A stretch of DNA of 64,000 nucleotides from Desulfobacterales bacterium (lineage in GTDB: Bacteria > Desulfobacterota > Desulfobacteria > Desulfobacterales > JAHDSC01), in contig JAXGJZ010000010.1 in the NCBI GenBank assembly GCA_040769985.1, forward strand, positions 6,472 through 70,471, in the 5' to 3' direction. Made by a program: the position numbers and the translations under genes. Below are positions 1 to 10,321 of the stretch, piece by piece. The notes below the pieces were generated by a model. The model was not told the origin of the DNA. It searched no databases and worked only from the letters and a program-made list of their open reading frames with translations. Position 1 is the stretch's first letter. Every line of letters starts with the position of its first letter.

Positions 1-1
1 C

Positions 2-85
2 ATCGTCCCGCCATTATGGATCGAAAAGCTGATTCAAGGCAAAGACAAGGAAACGGAGGTGTCCCCGCAGGAGGAAGCGACATGA
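2..85 (+). CDS. 3' end of an upstream gene (partial, hypothetical)
   Basis: Open frame IVPPLWIEKLIQGKDKETEVSPQEEAT* whose TGA overlaps the next ATG (ATGA at 82-85). Confidence 0.5.
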   Translation: MVPPLWIEKLIQGKDKETEVSPQEEAT

Positions 86-735
86 AAAAAAAATCAATTG
101 TCATGATTATTTTTTTAATCGGAGCCTTGCTTTCGGGCTGTTCGGACACCTACAGCCATTCACGGGGTGTTTATATGCTGCTGGATACTTCCGGTACATA
201 TAAAAGTGAATTGAATAAGGCGAATGCAATCATCAATTATCTTCTTGGCACGCTGCAAACCGGTGATTTTTTAGGAGTCGCCCGAATTGATACGGGAAGT
301 TTCAGCGAGCAGGATATTATTGCAAAAGCAAAGTTTGACAGGCGTCCATCGGTATCCAATACCCAGAAACGGATATTCCGTGAGAAAATGGATCAGTTCC
401 TCTCTTCCATAAAGAGCAGTCCATTTACCGATGTTAACGGTGGCATCTTGCAGGCGGTGGAATATTTGAACGAGATCAATCCCGCGGAAAAATACATTCT
501 GATTTTTTCTGATTTGAAGGAAGAACTGGTTAAAGGGTATGTCCGGGATTTTCCGATTCAAATGAACGGTCTGATCGTTGTTGCGCTGAACGTCACCAAA
601 CTGCAAAGTGACAATATCGATCCAAGAGAATATCTGGATCGTCTGGATTACTGGAAAAACCGGGTGGAACAGGGCGGTGGGAAATGGCAAGTCGTTAACG
701 ATCCTGAGCGGCTGGATGAGATCATGAAAGGATGA
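82..735 (+). CDS. VWA-domain lipoprotein
   Basis: AGGAGG RBS before ATG 82; signal peptide with lipobox LLSGC; MIDAS-like LLDTSGT, FTDV and FSDL motifs. Confidence 0.75.
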   Translation: MKKKSIVMIIFLIGALLSGCSDTYSHSRGVYMLLDTSGTYKSELNKANAIINYLLGTLQTGDFLGVARIDTGSFSEQDIIAKAKFDRRPSVSNTQKRIFREKMDQFLSSIKSSPFTDVNGGILQAVEYLNEINPAEKYILIFSDLKEELVKGYVRDFPIQMNGLIVVALNVTKLQSDNIDPREYLDRLDYWKNRVEQGGGKWQVVNDPERLDEIMKG

Positions 736-750
736 TGCCCCCGTAACGGA

Positions 751-2169
751 TCAGTGAATCGTCGCTTTTTGTTTCGCCCAGTCCTCGGTTTTATTGGATT
801 TTTCGAGTTTTTCAATGTTTAAAACCAGTACCCGGTAATATGTGCGGACGCGATCCACGTATTGAACCGCCTCGAGTCCCCGGGCATAACCGTTGGGAAC
901 GGTTTGGTAATACTTCTTTTTTTGCAGAAGAGGTAAGGTTGAGCGCACGGCGTACCACGCATCCGGATTTTTGTCGAGTCGAGCGGCAAGCGTTCTTGCA
1001 TCATCCAAGTGGCCCCATCCGATGTTGTAAGCCGCCAGTGCCATAAAGGTTCTGTCGGGTTCGGGGACCTTATTCCCGATTCTTCGATGCAGGCCGGCAA
1101 GATAGACGGCACCTGCATAGATCGACTCCTTTGGATTCAGCCGGTTTTCCACACCCAAATCACCGGCGGTCTCCATCGTAAGCATCATAAGGCCTCTAAC
1201 CCCCGTGAAGCTCTCGGCTTTCGGATTCCAGTGCGACTCCTGGTAGGCTTGAGCGGCAACCATCCGCCAATCCAATCCGTTGTTTTTTGCGGCCTCTTCA
1301 AAATATTTTTGATATGTCGGCAAACGATGCTGCATGCGCTGATGGTATTTTTTTAGATCCACATAATCAAAAGACTCAAGATGGCCGTAATAATGCTGAA
1401 TGAGCCCTTCCAGGAAAGTTTGGGTCGAGGGCATCTCGAACCACCTGCGGACGGCTGCCTGAAGGTGGCGAGTCTGAGGGAGCATGACCCAAGCCACGTT
1501 CTGGTCCTTTTGAACCGCAAAATGAATCAACAAATCCGGATAATGCCTTCGATTCATCGCGATAATATTGGAATCGGCGATCGTCAAGGGGATAATCCGT
1601 TGCCAGACCATTTCAAGGCATTCTTCGGCACTGTAATCGGAAAGTTTCATCCAGGACAGTTCCGGATATGCTTTTTTCAGATTTTTGAGGATTTCCTCCT
1701 GAAATGAACCGGAGGTAACCCAAAGGTTTCCGGTCATTAGATCCGAAACTGTCTTGGGACATGGACCTCCGCGGCGGCCTACCACCAGCTCATCGATTTT
1801 CAAATAGGTCGGGCCAAAGGCCAGTCGCCCTCTGAGGCGATCTTTTACGGGGAAGCTTGCGGCGATAAGGTCTGCCTTGCCGTTGCGCAACGCCGATATC
1901 ATCTCTTTTTCGTTTTCGAGGAGTACCAGCTTCAGTTTCACCCCCAGTTGCCCGGCAAAAGCCTCGGCCAATTGATATTCAAAACCCGTAGGTCCATGGG
2001 GCCCTTCGAAATAACAGGTCGCATTATTGCTGGTGATAACTTTCAGCTCACCCCTTGCGCGAATTGCTTCCAGGTCGTTTTTAATCAAAGGCTGATCACA
2101 ATTCAACCCAAGAAGGAATCCGATTCCCAGTAGAATCAGCCCCGGCAATTTGATCGCGCGACTTTTCAT
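751..2169 (-). CDS. mltF: Membrane-bound lytic murein transglycosylase F
   Basis: N-terminal periplasmic-binding domain (GFEYQLA) plus SLT domain: AYQESHWNPKA, GVRGLMML, ALAAYNIG, GYARG. Confidence 0.93.
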   Translation of the reverse strand: MKSRAIKLPGLILLGIGFLLGLNCDQPLIKNDLEAIRARGELKVITSNNATCYFEGPHGPTGFEYQLAEAFAGQLGVKLKLVLLENEKEMISALRNGKADLIAASFPVKDRLRGRLAFGPTYLKIDELVVGRRGGPCPKTVSDLMTGNLWVTSGSFQEEILKNLKKAYPELSWMKLSDYSAEECLEMVWQRIIPLTIADSNIIAMNRRHYPDLLIHFAVQKDQNVAWVMLPQTRHLQAAVRRWFEMPSTQTFLEGLIQHYYGHLESFDYVDLKKYHQRMQHRLPTYQKYFEEAAKNNGLDWRMVAAQAYQESHWNPKAESFTGVRGLMMLTMETAGDLGVENRLNPKESIYAGAVYLAGLHRRIGNKVPEPDRTFMALAAYNIGWGHLDDARTLAARLDKNPDAWYAVRSTLPLLQKKKYYQTVPNGYARGLEAVQYVDRVRTYYRVLVLNIEKLEKSNKTEDWAKQKATIH

Positions 2170-2544
2170 GGTTCAGCCGAAAAAAACGTTTGATAATGAA
2201 TCATTATGGCGAATTTTTGCTTAATTTCAATTCGTTGGATTGTTCCAACAGCTCCAATCTTTTGCGATATACCTATTTCAGGCCGGCTTTGCTTTTTGAA
2301 CCCGGCCTGCAGGCCGTTCGAGAATATAACGAACGTTTCATACCCCGGATTTCAACGGAACATCGATTTAACCGGCGTCGAATAAAACATTTGGTGGTAA
2401 AATGTTGTAACTGCCTTAAAGATTTATTTTTTTCTTAACCATCAATTTCAAAGTCGTGCGCGCCGCCATCAAACATCGAAGCTCCCGCGAACGTATTTTG
2501 TTTCCAAAAACTTTATTCGACGCACGCCATATAATGCTTCATCG

Positions 2545-3015
2545 TTAAAAAGGGGTGCGAAGGTTGAGAATATAATTTTCTAGATCATCGGGATGAACGT
2601 ATTCTTCGGATATCACCTTTCCCCGAACGGAAATGCCGGCCTGGTGTACCGTATCGGGATCTCCTGAAAGCAGCGGATGCCACCATGCCAGTTCTTTGCC
2701 CTCGGCCAAAAGCCTGTAAGCGCAGGTAACAGGCAGCCAGCGAAATCTTATGGCGGTTTCGGGTTTCAGAATCAGGCATTCCGTAACCAGGCGGGTTCGT
2801 TCCTTGTAGGATTTGCACCGGCATGTTTCATTGTTCAGAAGGTAGCATGCTACGCTGGTGTAATAGACTTTGCCGGTTTTTTTGTTTTCAAGTTTTTGCA
2901 AGCAGCATCGACCGCATCCATCGCACAGGGATTCCCATTCATCCACCGTCATTTCATGAAGTGCCTTGGTTTTCCAGAATGGCAACTCAGATTTCAACAT
3001 GATTTGAAATACCAC
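2545..3015 (-). CDS. ycgN: YcgN (UPF0260) cysteine-cluster protein
   Basis: FWKTK..EWESLCDGCGRCC, WLPVTCAYR, WWHPLLSGDPDTVH. Confidence 0.92.
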   Translation of the reverse strand: MVFQIMLKSELPFWKTKALHEMTVDEWESLCDGCGRCCLQKLENKKTGKVYYTSVACYLLNNETCRCKSYKERTRLVTECLILKPETAIRFRWLPVTCAYRLLAEGKELAWWHPLLSGDPDTVHQAGISVRGKVISEEYVHPDDLENYILNLRTPF

Positions 3016-3023
3016 TTTTCCGG

Positions 3024-3764
3024 TTAAAAAAGTTGAACGCCGATCATCTTGAGTTGCCTTGTTATCAGCTCTTTCCAGTTGCGATTGGATTTCGGATTGG
3101 CGGAGCTCGGATGAGCGATATATCCGATGACGACATCCAGACCGATCAATGATGACCGAGCCCGTTCTTCTGCAAAACGTCCGATTCCGATTACATAACG
3201 GGCGCTGAGATACCGGATGGTTCTGCGAAGTGCTCGATCACAGGCTAGAAGCAGGGGTTTTCGTTCGTCGACCTTGAGGTGATCCGGAGTCCGATTATGG
3301 CCGGTTTCTTCAATAAAAAGTAAGGGGCAGTAATTGGCGACAAAGAAGCGGGAAAAAAAACGTTGGGGCGTATCAAATGTTTCCCGGGCCCATCCCCATA
3401 ATCGTCTTCCGCTTACTTCGCTTCTTTTGCATAGAAAGCCTTGGACCGGTCGATTCGGATGCAGCCTGCCGGGGGGTTTTACCGATGCATCGATGCCCAG
3501 CCACTCCTTTACCGCTTTTACTTCCCCGAAAGGGATCCCGGTCTGCGTCATGCCCCAGGGCCCTGGGTTCATTCCGATAAGGACCACGGTTTTCGGTGGC
3601 TTAGCATAGCGGTCCAGATATTGGTTGTAGGGTTCCCGGGCGTATTCGAGAGGATTGTACACATGGGTAACCGGCGGACTGAAATGCAATGGTCGAAGAT
3701 CGTTCAGTAAATCATCGCTTATGGTATGGAGGGTTACAGCGGATTCGGAATCGTTTTCAGACAC
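3024..3764 (-). CDS. SMUG1-family uracil-DNA glycosylase
   Basis: VYNPLEYA, GMNPGPWGMTQTGIPFG, SEVSGRRLWG, NYCPL, HPSSANP. Confidence 0.92.
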   Translation of the reverse strand: MSENDSESAVTLHTISDDLLNDLRPLHFSPPVTHVYNPLEYAREPYNQYLDRYAKPPKTVVLIGMNPGPWGMTQTGIPFGEVKAVKEWLGIDASVKPPGRLHPNRPVQGFLCKRSEVSGRRLWGWARETFDTPQRFFSRFFVANYCPLLFIEETGHNRTPDHLKVDERKPLLLACDRALRRTIRYLSARYVIGIGRFAEERARSSLIGLDVVIGYIAHPSSANPKSNRNWKELITRQLKMIGVQLF

Positions 3765-3794
3765 TTCGGGGCACCTCGATCGGATTGAAAAAAA

Positions 3795-5147
3795 TTAAAA
3801 ATCGTATACCCCGGTATAATTCTCCGGCGTGATTCTCATCAGCTCTTTTTTTACCGCTTGCGAAACGTCCAGGGTCTCAATAAAGTCGGCAATAATCTTT
3901 CGGTCGATCATCGCATTCGTCCGGGTTAATCTTTTCAGCGCTTCATAGGGATCCGGATAATTTTCGCGACGCAGGATGGTTTGAATCGCTTCGGCAACCA
4001 CCGCCCAATTTGAATGCAAATCCGAACGGATTACTTCCGGATTCAGAATCAGTTTGTTCAACCCCTTTAACAATGATGTAAATGCAATGAGAGTATGTGC
4101 AAGGGGAACGCCGATGTTTCTTGTAACCGTGGAGTCCGTCAGGTCTCGTTGCAGTCTTGATATCGGCAGTTTTGCGGATAGATGTTCAAAGATTGCATTG
4201 GCAAGCCCAAGATTCCCTTCCGAATTTTCAAAATCGATCGGATTGATTTTATGGGGCATCGCCGATGAGCCGACTTCCTCCTTTTTGATTGTTTGTTTAA
4301 AATAATTCATCGATATATACGACCAGAGATCCCGGTTCAGATCGATAAGAATGGTGTTGATGCGTTTCATGTTATCAAAAAACGCCGCCAGATTATCATA
4401 GTGTTCAATCTGAGTGGTCACTCTCGACCGGCGGAGTCCTAACGTGTGATTGACGAAATTATTGCCGAAGGTAATCCAGTCGAGGTCCGGATAGGCAATA
4501 TGATGAGCATTGAAATTGCCGGTTGCCCCTCCGAATTTTGCGGAGAATGGGATGGTTTTCAGGAGTTCTTTCTGTTGCTTCAATCGATCCACAAAAACAT
4601 ATATTTCTTTGCCCAGGCTTGTCGGCGATGCCGGCTGACCGTGGGTGTGAGCAACCATCGGAACGTCTCGCCATTCGTTCGCTTTTTCTTTGAGCGCCTT
4701 TATCACGTCTTCAATAACGGGCTGCAGGGCATTCACCCAGGCGTCCTTCAATAAATAGGGGATGGCGGTATTGTTGACATCCTGAGAGGTTAAGCCGAAA
4801 TGGATAAACTCCTTGTAAGATGCCAATCCAAAGTCGTTAAATTTTTCCCTTAGAAAATATTCCACCGCTTTCACATCGTGATTGGTAGTTTTTTCGATGT
4901 CCTTGATCCTTCGGGCATCCTCCAAAGAAAAATTTTTATAACAGTTCCTCAACAATTCAAATCTGGATCGATCAAAATCCTTCAGAGGCGGTAGCAGCAA
5001 ATCGCACAGGGCGATAAAATATTCGACTTCGACCAGCAGACGATATCTTATCAACGCCCCTTCCGAAAAGTAATCCGCCAATTTGTCGGTTGATTTGCGG
5101 TAACGGCCATCAATCGGAGATATTGCGCTTAAGGTGGAGATTTCCAT
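3795..5147 (-). CDS. purB: Adenylosuccinate lyase
   Basis: SPIDGRY, TNHDVKAVEY, HFGLTSQD, GSSAMPHKINPIDFENSEGN signature. Confidence 0.97.
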   Translation of the reverse strand: MEISTLSAISPIDGRYRKSTDKLADYFSEGALIRYRLLVEVEYFIALCDLLLPPLKDFDRSRFELLRNCYKNFSLEDARRIKDIEKTTNHDVKAVEYFLREKFNDFGLASYKEFIHFGLTSQDVNNTAIPYLLKDAWVNALQPVIEDVIKALKEKANEWRDVPMVAHTHGQPASPTSLGKEIYVFVDRLKQQKELLKTIPFSAKFGGATGNFNAHHIAYPDLDWITFGNNFVNHTLGLRRSRVTTQIEHYDNLAAFFDNMKRINTILIDLNRDLWSYISMNYFKQTIKKEEVGSSAMPHKINPIDFENSEGNLGLANAIFEHLSAKLPISRLQRDLTDSTVTRNIGVPLAHTLIAFTSLLKGLNKLILNPEVIRSDLHSNWAVVAEAIQTILRRENYPDPYEALKRLTRTNAMIDRKIIADFIETLDVSQAVKKELMRITPENYTGVYDF

Positions 5148-5618
5148 ATGCCTGGTTTTCCCGGTTAACGTATAGATAATTCGTAATCACTGTTCCGTCG
5201 CCTTTTTTTCTTCTTCCATGACCAATAAGTATAAAAAAACGGAAATCGTGTCAACAGTTGATGAACTTCCCAAAAAACATCCCAAAAATTTCTTGACAGA
5301 TTGAAAAGATCCTCGCATATTTTACATGCATTTGTTTATTTCTTTTCCTGCGGATTAATAACGCATCTCGTTTAAATTTTTCCTTAATTTCATTTTTCCA
5401 TCCGAGCGATCCGGCACATTTCCGAGACTTTGATCGAAAAACATTCCTTGCTGCAAATAACCGCGGGATTTTCACTTTTCACCTTTCAATGGTTCTTCAA
5501 TCGAAGGCGGATCTTTTATTCCATCCGGGCGTGTGTGAGAAGTTACATGAAAATTTTGTAAAGAGGCGCTTGAGTTTGGATTTCAGACCATCCAAGCCGG
5601 AAAGAAAGGAGGCGGGGC

Positions 5619-7553
5619 ATGAACGATTTCGGTGGATTATTTCAACCCGTGAAAATCGGGTCCATGGAGGTAAAAAATCGCTTTGTCATGGCACCGATGG
5701 TGACCAATTATTGTGAAAGCGACGGAACCGTTACCGATCGATTGAAGGCTTATCATAAAGCCCGTGCCGAAGGCGGGGTCGGTTTAATCATTCTGGAGGC
5801 CACGTATGTTCATCCATGCGGAAAAGGATTTTCAAACCAGCTCGGTATTTACAGGGATGATTTGATTCCCGGATTAAAAAGCCTTGTCGATGAGTTGCAT
5901 CCATACGGCACCAAGATTGCCGTTCAGCTGTATCACAGCGGCCGACAAAGCTACACGACGGTTACCGGCACTCCCCTTATTGCGCCATCTCCTATCGCCT
6001 GTCCGGTTTGCCGGGAAATGCCGATGGAAATGACAAAAGATGATATCGGGAGGATGATCGAGGCATTCGGAGAGGGTGCTCGAAGGGCGAAAATCGCCGG
6101 TTTTGATGCCGTCGAAATACACGGTGCGCATGGTTACCTGGTCAACCAGTTCCTTTCCTCATACAGCAACAAAAGAGGGGACGAGTACGGAGGGTCGCTT
6201 GAGAACCGGGCCAGATTTCCCCTGCAGGTTCTGAAAAGGGTAAGAGATGAAGTGGGGCGGGATTTTCCGATTCTCTATCGTTTGAGTTCGGTTGAGTTTG
6301 TCCCCGGGGGGCTTACCATCGAAGATACCAAAGCGTTTGCCGCTATGCTAGTTGAAAACGGCATCGATGCCATTCATGTTTCCGGAGGGGTTTATCAATC
6401 GGCCGCGATGATCATACAGCCGGCGGCGGTCGCCCAGGGAATCTACGTCGAAAATGCCTCAGCAATCAAGGATGCGATTAAGGGCAAGGTTCCGGTTATT
6501 GCGGTGGGCCGAATCAAAGAACCGGCGATGGCGGAGGAAATCATAGCCGGCGGTAAAGCGGACATGATTGCAATGGGAAGGCCGTTTTTGGCCGACGAGA
6601 CGTTTGTTTCGAAACTGATGGCGGGAAAATCTCAAGAGATCAGAAAATGCATTGCCTGCAATCAAGGTTGTATTGATCGGCTTTTTATGGATCAGGACAT
6701 TACTTGTCTCTGCAATCCACTTGTTGGGAAAGAGTCGCAATATGATTTGGCGGAAAAGGCCGATAAGAAAAAGAAGGTCCTGATAATCGGAGGCGGCCCC
6801 GCCGGTTTGGAGTCCGGGAGGGTGGCCGCGCTGAGAGGGCACGAGGTCATTCTTTACGAGAAAAGTCTAAAACCGGGCGGCCTTTTGAATACCGTAATCC
6901 TAGTTCCGTACAAGGAAGAATTTAAAGATCTGGCGGATTTTTTTATTTCACAGGTTCAAAAACTGGGCATAAGCATTTATTTGGGCAGGGAAGTCGATGA
7001 AGCGATTATCGATGAGATCCAACCGGACGTAGTGATCCTAGCCACGGGTAGCCGGCCGGTTATCCCCGACATTCCCGGGATTGAAAGCAGCAACATTTTT
7101 ACCGCCGAAAAAATTCTCAACGGTTCTTCGTTTGGTCATAATGTTGCCGTAATCGGTGGAGGCGCAAGCGGATGCGGGGTAGCGGAGTTTATGTCCGACC
7201 GTGGATCAAAAGTGACTGTTTGTGAAATGATGGACGATGTCGCAACGGATATGGGGGTGTTGGACAAGGCATTGCTCATGGAAAGACTGAAAGAGAAGGG
7301 GGTCGAGATCCTGACGCAAACCCCCGTAAGAGAAATTCAAACCGATCGGTTGGTTGTTGATAAGAAGGGAAGGCATGAAGTTCTGGGAAATTTCGACACC
7401 TTTGTTCTCGCAGCCGGTTACGAGTCGGATAAACGCCTGGAGAAGTTGCTGGAAAACAAAAAAATTCCATTTTATAAAATCGGCGATTGTGCGGAGGTCA
7501 GGAAAATGATTGAAGCCATACATGAAGGATTCCTGTGTGCCTATGAGCTTTAG
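5619..7553 (+). CDS. NADH:flavin oxidoreductase (OYE / 2,4-dienoyl-CoA reductase / BaiCD-like) with 4Fe-4S and FAD domains
   Basis: NRFVMAPM, EIHGAHGYL, DEYGGSLENRARF, CIACNQGC, GGGPAG. Confidence 0.92.
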   Translation: MNDFGGLFQPVKIGSMEVKNRFVMAPMVTNYCESDGTVTDRLKAYHKARAEGGVGLIILEATYVHPCGKGFSNQLGIYRDDLIPGLKSLVDELHPYGTKIAVQLYHSGRQSYTTVTGTPLIAPSPIACPVCREMPMEMTKDDIGRMIEAFGEGARRAKIAGFDAVEIHGAHGYLVNQFLSSYSNKRGDEYGGSLENRARFPLQVLKRVRDEVGRDFPILYRLSSVEFVPGGLTIEDTKAFAAMLVENGIDAIHVSGGVYQSAAMIIQPAAVAQGIYVENASAIKDAIKGKVPVIAVGRIKEPAMAEEIIAGGKADMIAMGRPFLADETFVSKLMAGKSQEIRKCIACNQGCIDRLFMDQDITCLCNPLVGKESQYDLAEKADKKKKVLIIGGGPAGLESGRVAALRGHEVILYEKSLKPGGLLNTVILVPYKEEFKDLADFFISQVQKLGISIYLGREVDEAIIDEIQPDVVILATGSRPVIPDIPGIESSNIFTAEKILNGSSFGHNVAVIGGGASGCGVAEFMSDRGSKVTVCEMMDDVATDMGVLDKALLMERLKEKGVEILTQTPVREIQTDRLVVDKKGRHEVLGNFDTFVLAAGYESDKRLEKLLENKKIPFYKIGDCAEVRKMIEAIHEGFLCAYEL

Positions 7554-7783
7554 ATCCCTGACAAACGAAAAATCCCGCTGCGATTGAGCCGTGCTGTAAG
7601 GCTTGTGCATTCCGGATTCCGGTTCGGAAGAATCGAAAGCAGGGAGAACGGAGCCGGTGAGCGGACAGGAAAGACTCGCTGCTGCTTTCTTCGGAGGGAT
7701 GGAGCCATGCCTGAATACGGCGGGTTGGAAAGAGGGGAAAAGAGGATCGGATTCCTTATCGGAACGGTCGGTTGACCCATCCG

Positions 7784-8602
7784 CTAGAATTTTGATGATT
7801 TGAAAAACAGCTGTTTCAGGACGTTTTTAATTTTTTGAAGAAAGGAGGTTTTCACGCGGACCTTCAAGAACAGATCACCCGGTTCTCCACCGCCTTTGCC
7901 CTCATTTCCCATCTTTCGTAAGCGTATGATCCGGTCGGTTTTCATGCCGGGCGGAATTTTAACGAGTAATTCCTTGGATTTTTTTCGATGAAAGTACCGG
8001 ACTTTTCCCCCTGCTTCGGCCAGTCCGGGATCAATGGTAATAATGTCGTACCAGTCCGAGCCTTTTTCCGGCAATTCCACGCCCCATAACTTCTTCAGGC
8101 CGTACCTGAAAAATCGCCCCAGGCTTTCGCCCAATGCAAATCTGGGCGCAGATTGCCGATCTTTGCCCGGGGATTTAATAAACACAAATCCTTTCCCGAA
8201 AAATCCGGGACGGCCGAATTGGAAAGATTGATAGCCTGAACCGTAAAACTCCCGGAAGATATCATCGAAGCTTCTGAATCCGAATACTCTCCCCATTTCT
8301 TCGAAAATTTGGTTGATATCGGAGCCTCTGAAAATGTCCTGTTCGGAATAATTTTGTCTAAAACGGCTGTAGGCAAATGAGCCGTATTGTTGCTTCAGCG
8401 CGTCATAGTCTTTTCTTTTTGCGGGATTTGAAATGACGGCGTAGGCTTCGTTCAGTTCTTTCATTTTTTCCGCCGTCGCCGGGTTGTCCTTGTTTCGATC
8501 CGGATGATATTCGAAGGCCAATTTGCGGTAAGCGTCTTTGATTTGTTTTTGTCCGGCATTGCTCTCGACGCCTAAAATCCGGTAATAGTCTTTTTGCTCC
8601 AT
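7784..8602 (-). CDS. DnaJ-class co-chaperone (CbpA-like; J domain plus short C-terminal domain)
   Basis: [14 protein letters not shown] (HPD motif), G/F-rich region, GGEPGDLFL; ORF open to 8653. Confidence 0.88.
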   Translation of the reverse strand: MEQKDYYRILGVESNAGQKQIKDAYRKLAFEYHPDRNKDNPATAEKMKELNEAYAVISNPAKRKDYDALKQQYGSFAYSRFRQNYSEQDIFRGSDINQIFEEMGRVFGFRSFDDIFREFYGSGYQSFQFGRPGFFGKGFVFIKSPGKDRQSAPRFALGESLGRFFRYGLKKLWGVELPEKGSDWYDIITIDPGLAEAGGKVRYFHRKKSKELLVKIPPGMKTDRIIRLRKMGNEGKGGGEPGDLFLKVRVKTSFLQKIKNVLKQLFFKSSKF

Positions 8603-8896
8603 GATAGATAAGCTTTCTTTTTCTCCTAAATTAATTTTTTGGGCTGACGACAATAATGATTGTTTCGATCAAAAGCGTCAAGGCTAAAGTGACGCTTCTG
8701 TTGCTACGTTCCCGCATTTCACATCCGATTGATCACCTTTGCACTTCAAGGATTACGGAAACTCTCCGACGCCTCCGATCAATTGTAGCATCCGGAGGCA
8801 AATCTCGGGGGATAGCATTCGCTGCTGCGGTTCAAAAAAAAGGGGGATTTTTACGGGAAACCGCTTGAAATCAATTTTTGGCGAAAAAGCATAACG

Positions 8897-8930
8897 AAAA
8901 AGGGCGAGACCGATCGGGTGCCGCCCTTAA
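8897..8930 (-). terminator. Probable intrinsic terminator of the DUF5320 genes
   Basis: AAGGGCG...CGCCCTT inverted repeat with an A-run (U-tract on minus strand). Confidence 0.45.
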
Positions 8931-8987
8931 TTTGTAAGAATTGTTTTTAAAAAATGAAAAGGTTCTACTATGCAGCATTCAGCAGGT

Positions 8988-9326
8988 TCACTTGCCCGTC
9001 TCCTGTTCCAGTTCTTCAATCCGCTTATTGATTGCATGCAGCGTTTCCTTGATATGGTCTGCCTCCACCCGGAGTCTTTCGATCTCATCTTTTGCGCTCA
9101 AGGGATATGCCTGGCCGTACCATCCGAATGCCGGTGGATACCATCCATAGCCTCTACCCCGGGCAAAACCGCAACTGAAACCGAAGCTCCGCCTCAAGCC
9201 TCTGCCATAACCGCCACCCCGTGCAAACGGAGTTCCGTATCCCCTGTAAGAAGGGTTGCAATACCCAAAACCACCGCCGGTCATGGGTCCTTCTCCGCGA
9301 GGGCCTGTTCCATCGAATCCTGGCAT
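8988..9326 (-). CDS. DUF5320 family protein
   Basis: MPGFDGTGPRGEGPMTGGGFGYC, G/R-rich middle, C-terminal coiled coil; GGAGG RBS. Confidence 0.85.
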   Translation of the reverse strand: MPGFDGTGPRGEGPMTGGGFGYCNPSYRGYGTPFARGGGYGRGLRRSFGFSCGFARGRGYGWYPPAFGWYGQAYPLSAKDEIERLRVEADHIKETLHAINKRIEELEQETGK

Positions 9327-9383
9327 AACAAAACACCTCCTTCTATATCGAAAATTTCAAGGTTTATCACCTTTAAAAGGTTA

Positions 9384-9617
9384 TTAACGTCCCCGGCCAC
9401 CTCCACCAGAACCTCGTCCTCGGCCGTCGCGTGGTCCTTTGCCACGTCCTCGACCGCCACCTCTGCCTAAGCCTCGACCTTGACCTATATCGTTGCCGGA
9501 ATCCTGTCCGGTTCCGTTCGGTGCGTCAGGGGTCCTGCCGGTTGGGCCGCAAGGTCCCATTCCTCTTCCCGTCCTTGAACCTTTTCCTTCCGGTCCGGTT
9601 CCATCTCTTCTTGGCAT
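9384..9617 (-). CDS. DUF5320-like Gly/Arg-rich protein
   Basis: MPRRDGTGPEGKGSRTGRGMGPC; GGAGGTG RBS. Confidence 0.75.
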   Translation of the reverse strand: MPRRDGTGPEGKGSRTGRGMGPCGPTGRTPDAPNGTGQDSGNDIGQGRGLGRGGGRGRGKGPRDGRGRGSGGGGRGR

Positions 9618-9721
9618 GTTGTTCACCTCCTTTATTTTTTCTCAATGATTATGTAAAACTTGATGGTTTTGTTAAAATTTCAATTTCCGCATCATGCGGT
9701 GCCCCTCGTTAACACAACCCT

Positions 9722-10045
9722 TTAAAAACCGCCTCTTCCGCGGCGATGCCCATGACGGCCTCGAAACGCATAAACCCCGCCGCCGATCCGCAAGGCTTTG
9801 CCCGTGACAACGGCATCGGCGATAATATGCCGCGCCTCGGACAGAATTCTGCCGTATGTCTGGCGGGAGACTTGCATCATTGTGGCGGCGGTTTCCTGAT
9901 CCAAGCCTTCAAAATCGCTCAACCGGATGGCTTCCATCCCTTCCATGGTGAGGAAAACTTCACCGGTAATCGGTATCCCCTGGGGTACGAATGCAACGAT
10001 CGGCGGATATCCGGCTATAAATCTTGGTTTCTTTGGCCTAGGCAT
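9722..10045 (-). CDS. DUF134 (UPF0251) HTH DNA-binding protein
   Basis: MPRPKKPR, EAIRLSDFEGLDQETAATMMQVSRQTYGRIL, GKALRIGGG. Confidence 0.9.
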   Translation of the reverse strand: MPRPKKPRFIAGYPPIVAFVPQGIPITGEVFLTMEGMEAIRLSDFEGLDQETAATMMQVSRQTYGRILSEARHIIADAVVTGKALRIGGGVYAFRGRHGHRRGRGGF

Positions 10046-10059
10046 CAGCGGCCCCTCCA

Positions 10060-10132
10060 ATTATGATCATTTGACCAAAATATAATGACCTATTGATAAA
10101 AAATCAAGCTATATTTAGAGCATATGACAATT
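10060..10132 (-). promoter_or_regulatory. Sigma70 promoter of the DUF134 operon flanked by two imperfect palindromes
   Basis: Minus strand TTGATT(10107-10102)-N17-TATATT(10084-10079); palindromes ATTATGATCATTTGACCAAAAT (10060-10081) and TTTAGAGCATATGACAATT (about 10114-10132). Confidence 0.55.
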
Positions 10133-10180
10133 ATTTTTGATTCGTGATGAAACCCAAATATTGATCGGAAAGCTCCGGAT

Positions 10181-10232
10181 AATGTATTTACATTAAATTT
10201 ACATTGACATTTACATTTAGCTTGAATAGAGT
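10181..10232 (+). promoter_or_regulatory. lexA sigma70 promoter with candidate LexA operator repeats
   Basis: TTGACA(10204-10209)-N17-TAGAGT; ATTTACATT at 10186, 10197 and 10209; palindrome AATGTA-TT-TACATT at 10181-10194. Confidence 0.65.
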
Positions 10233-10321
10233 GACAAAATGGAATCCGGCTCAACGGAAAAGCCGGTTCATTTCATGCCCTCACTGAGGCGAACAGGAAA
10301 CTTCAATTTAAGTCGGAGGCT

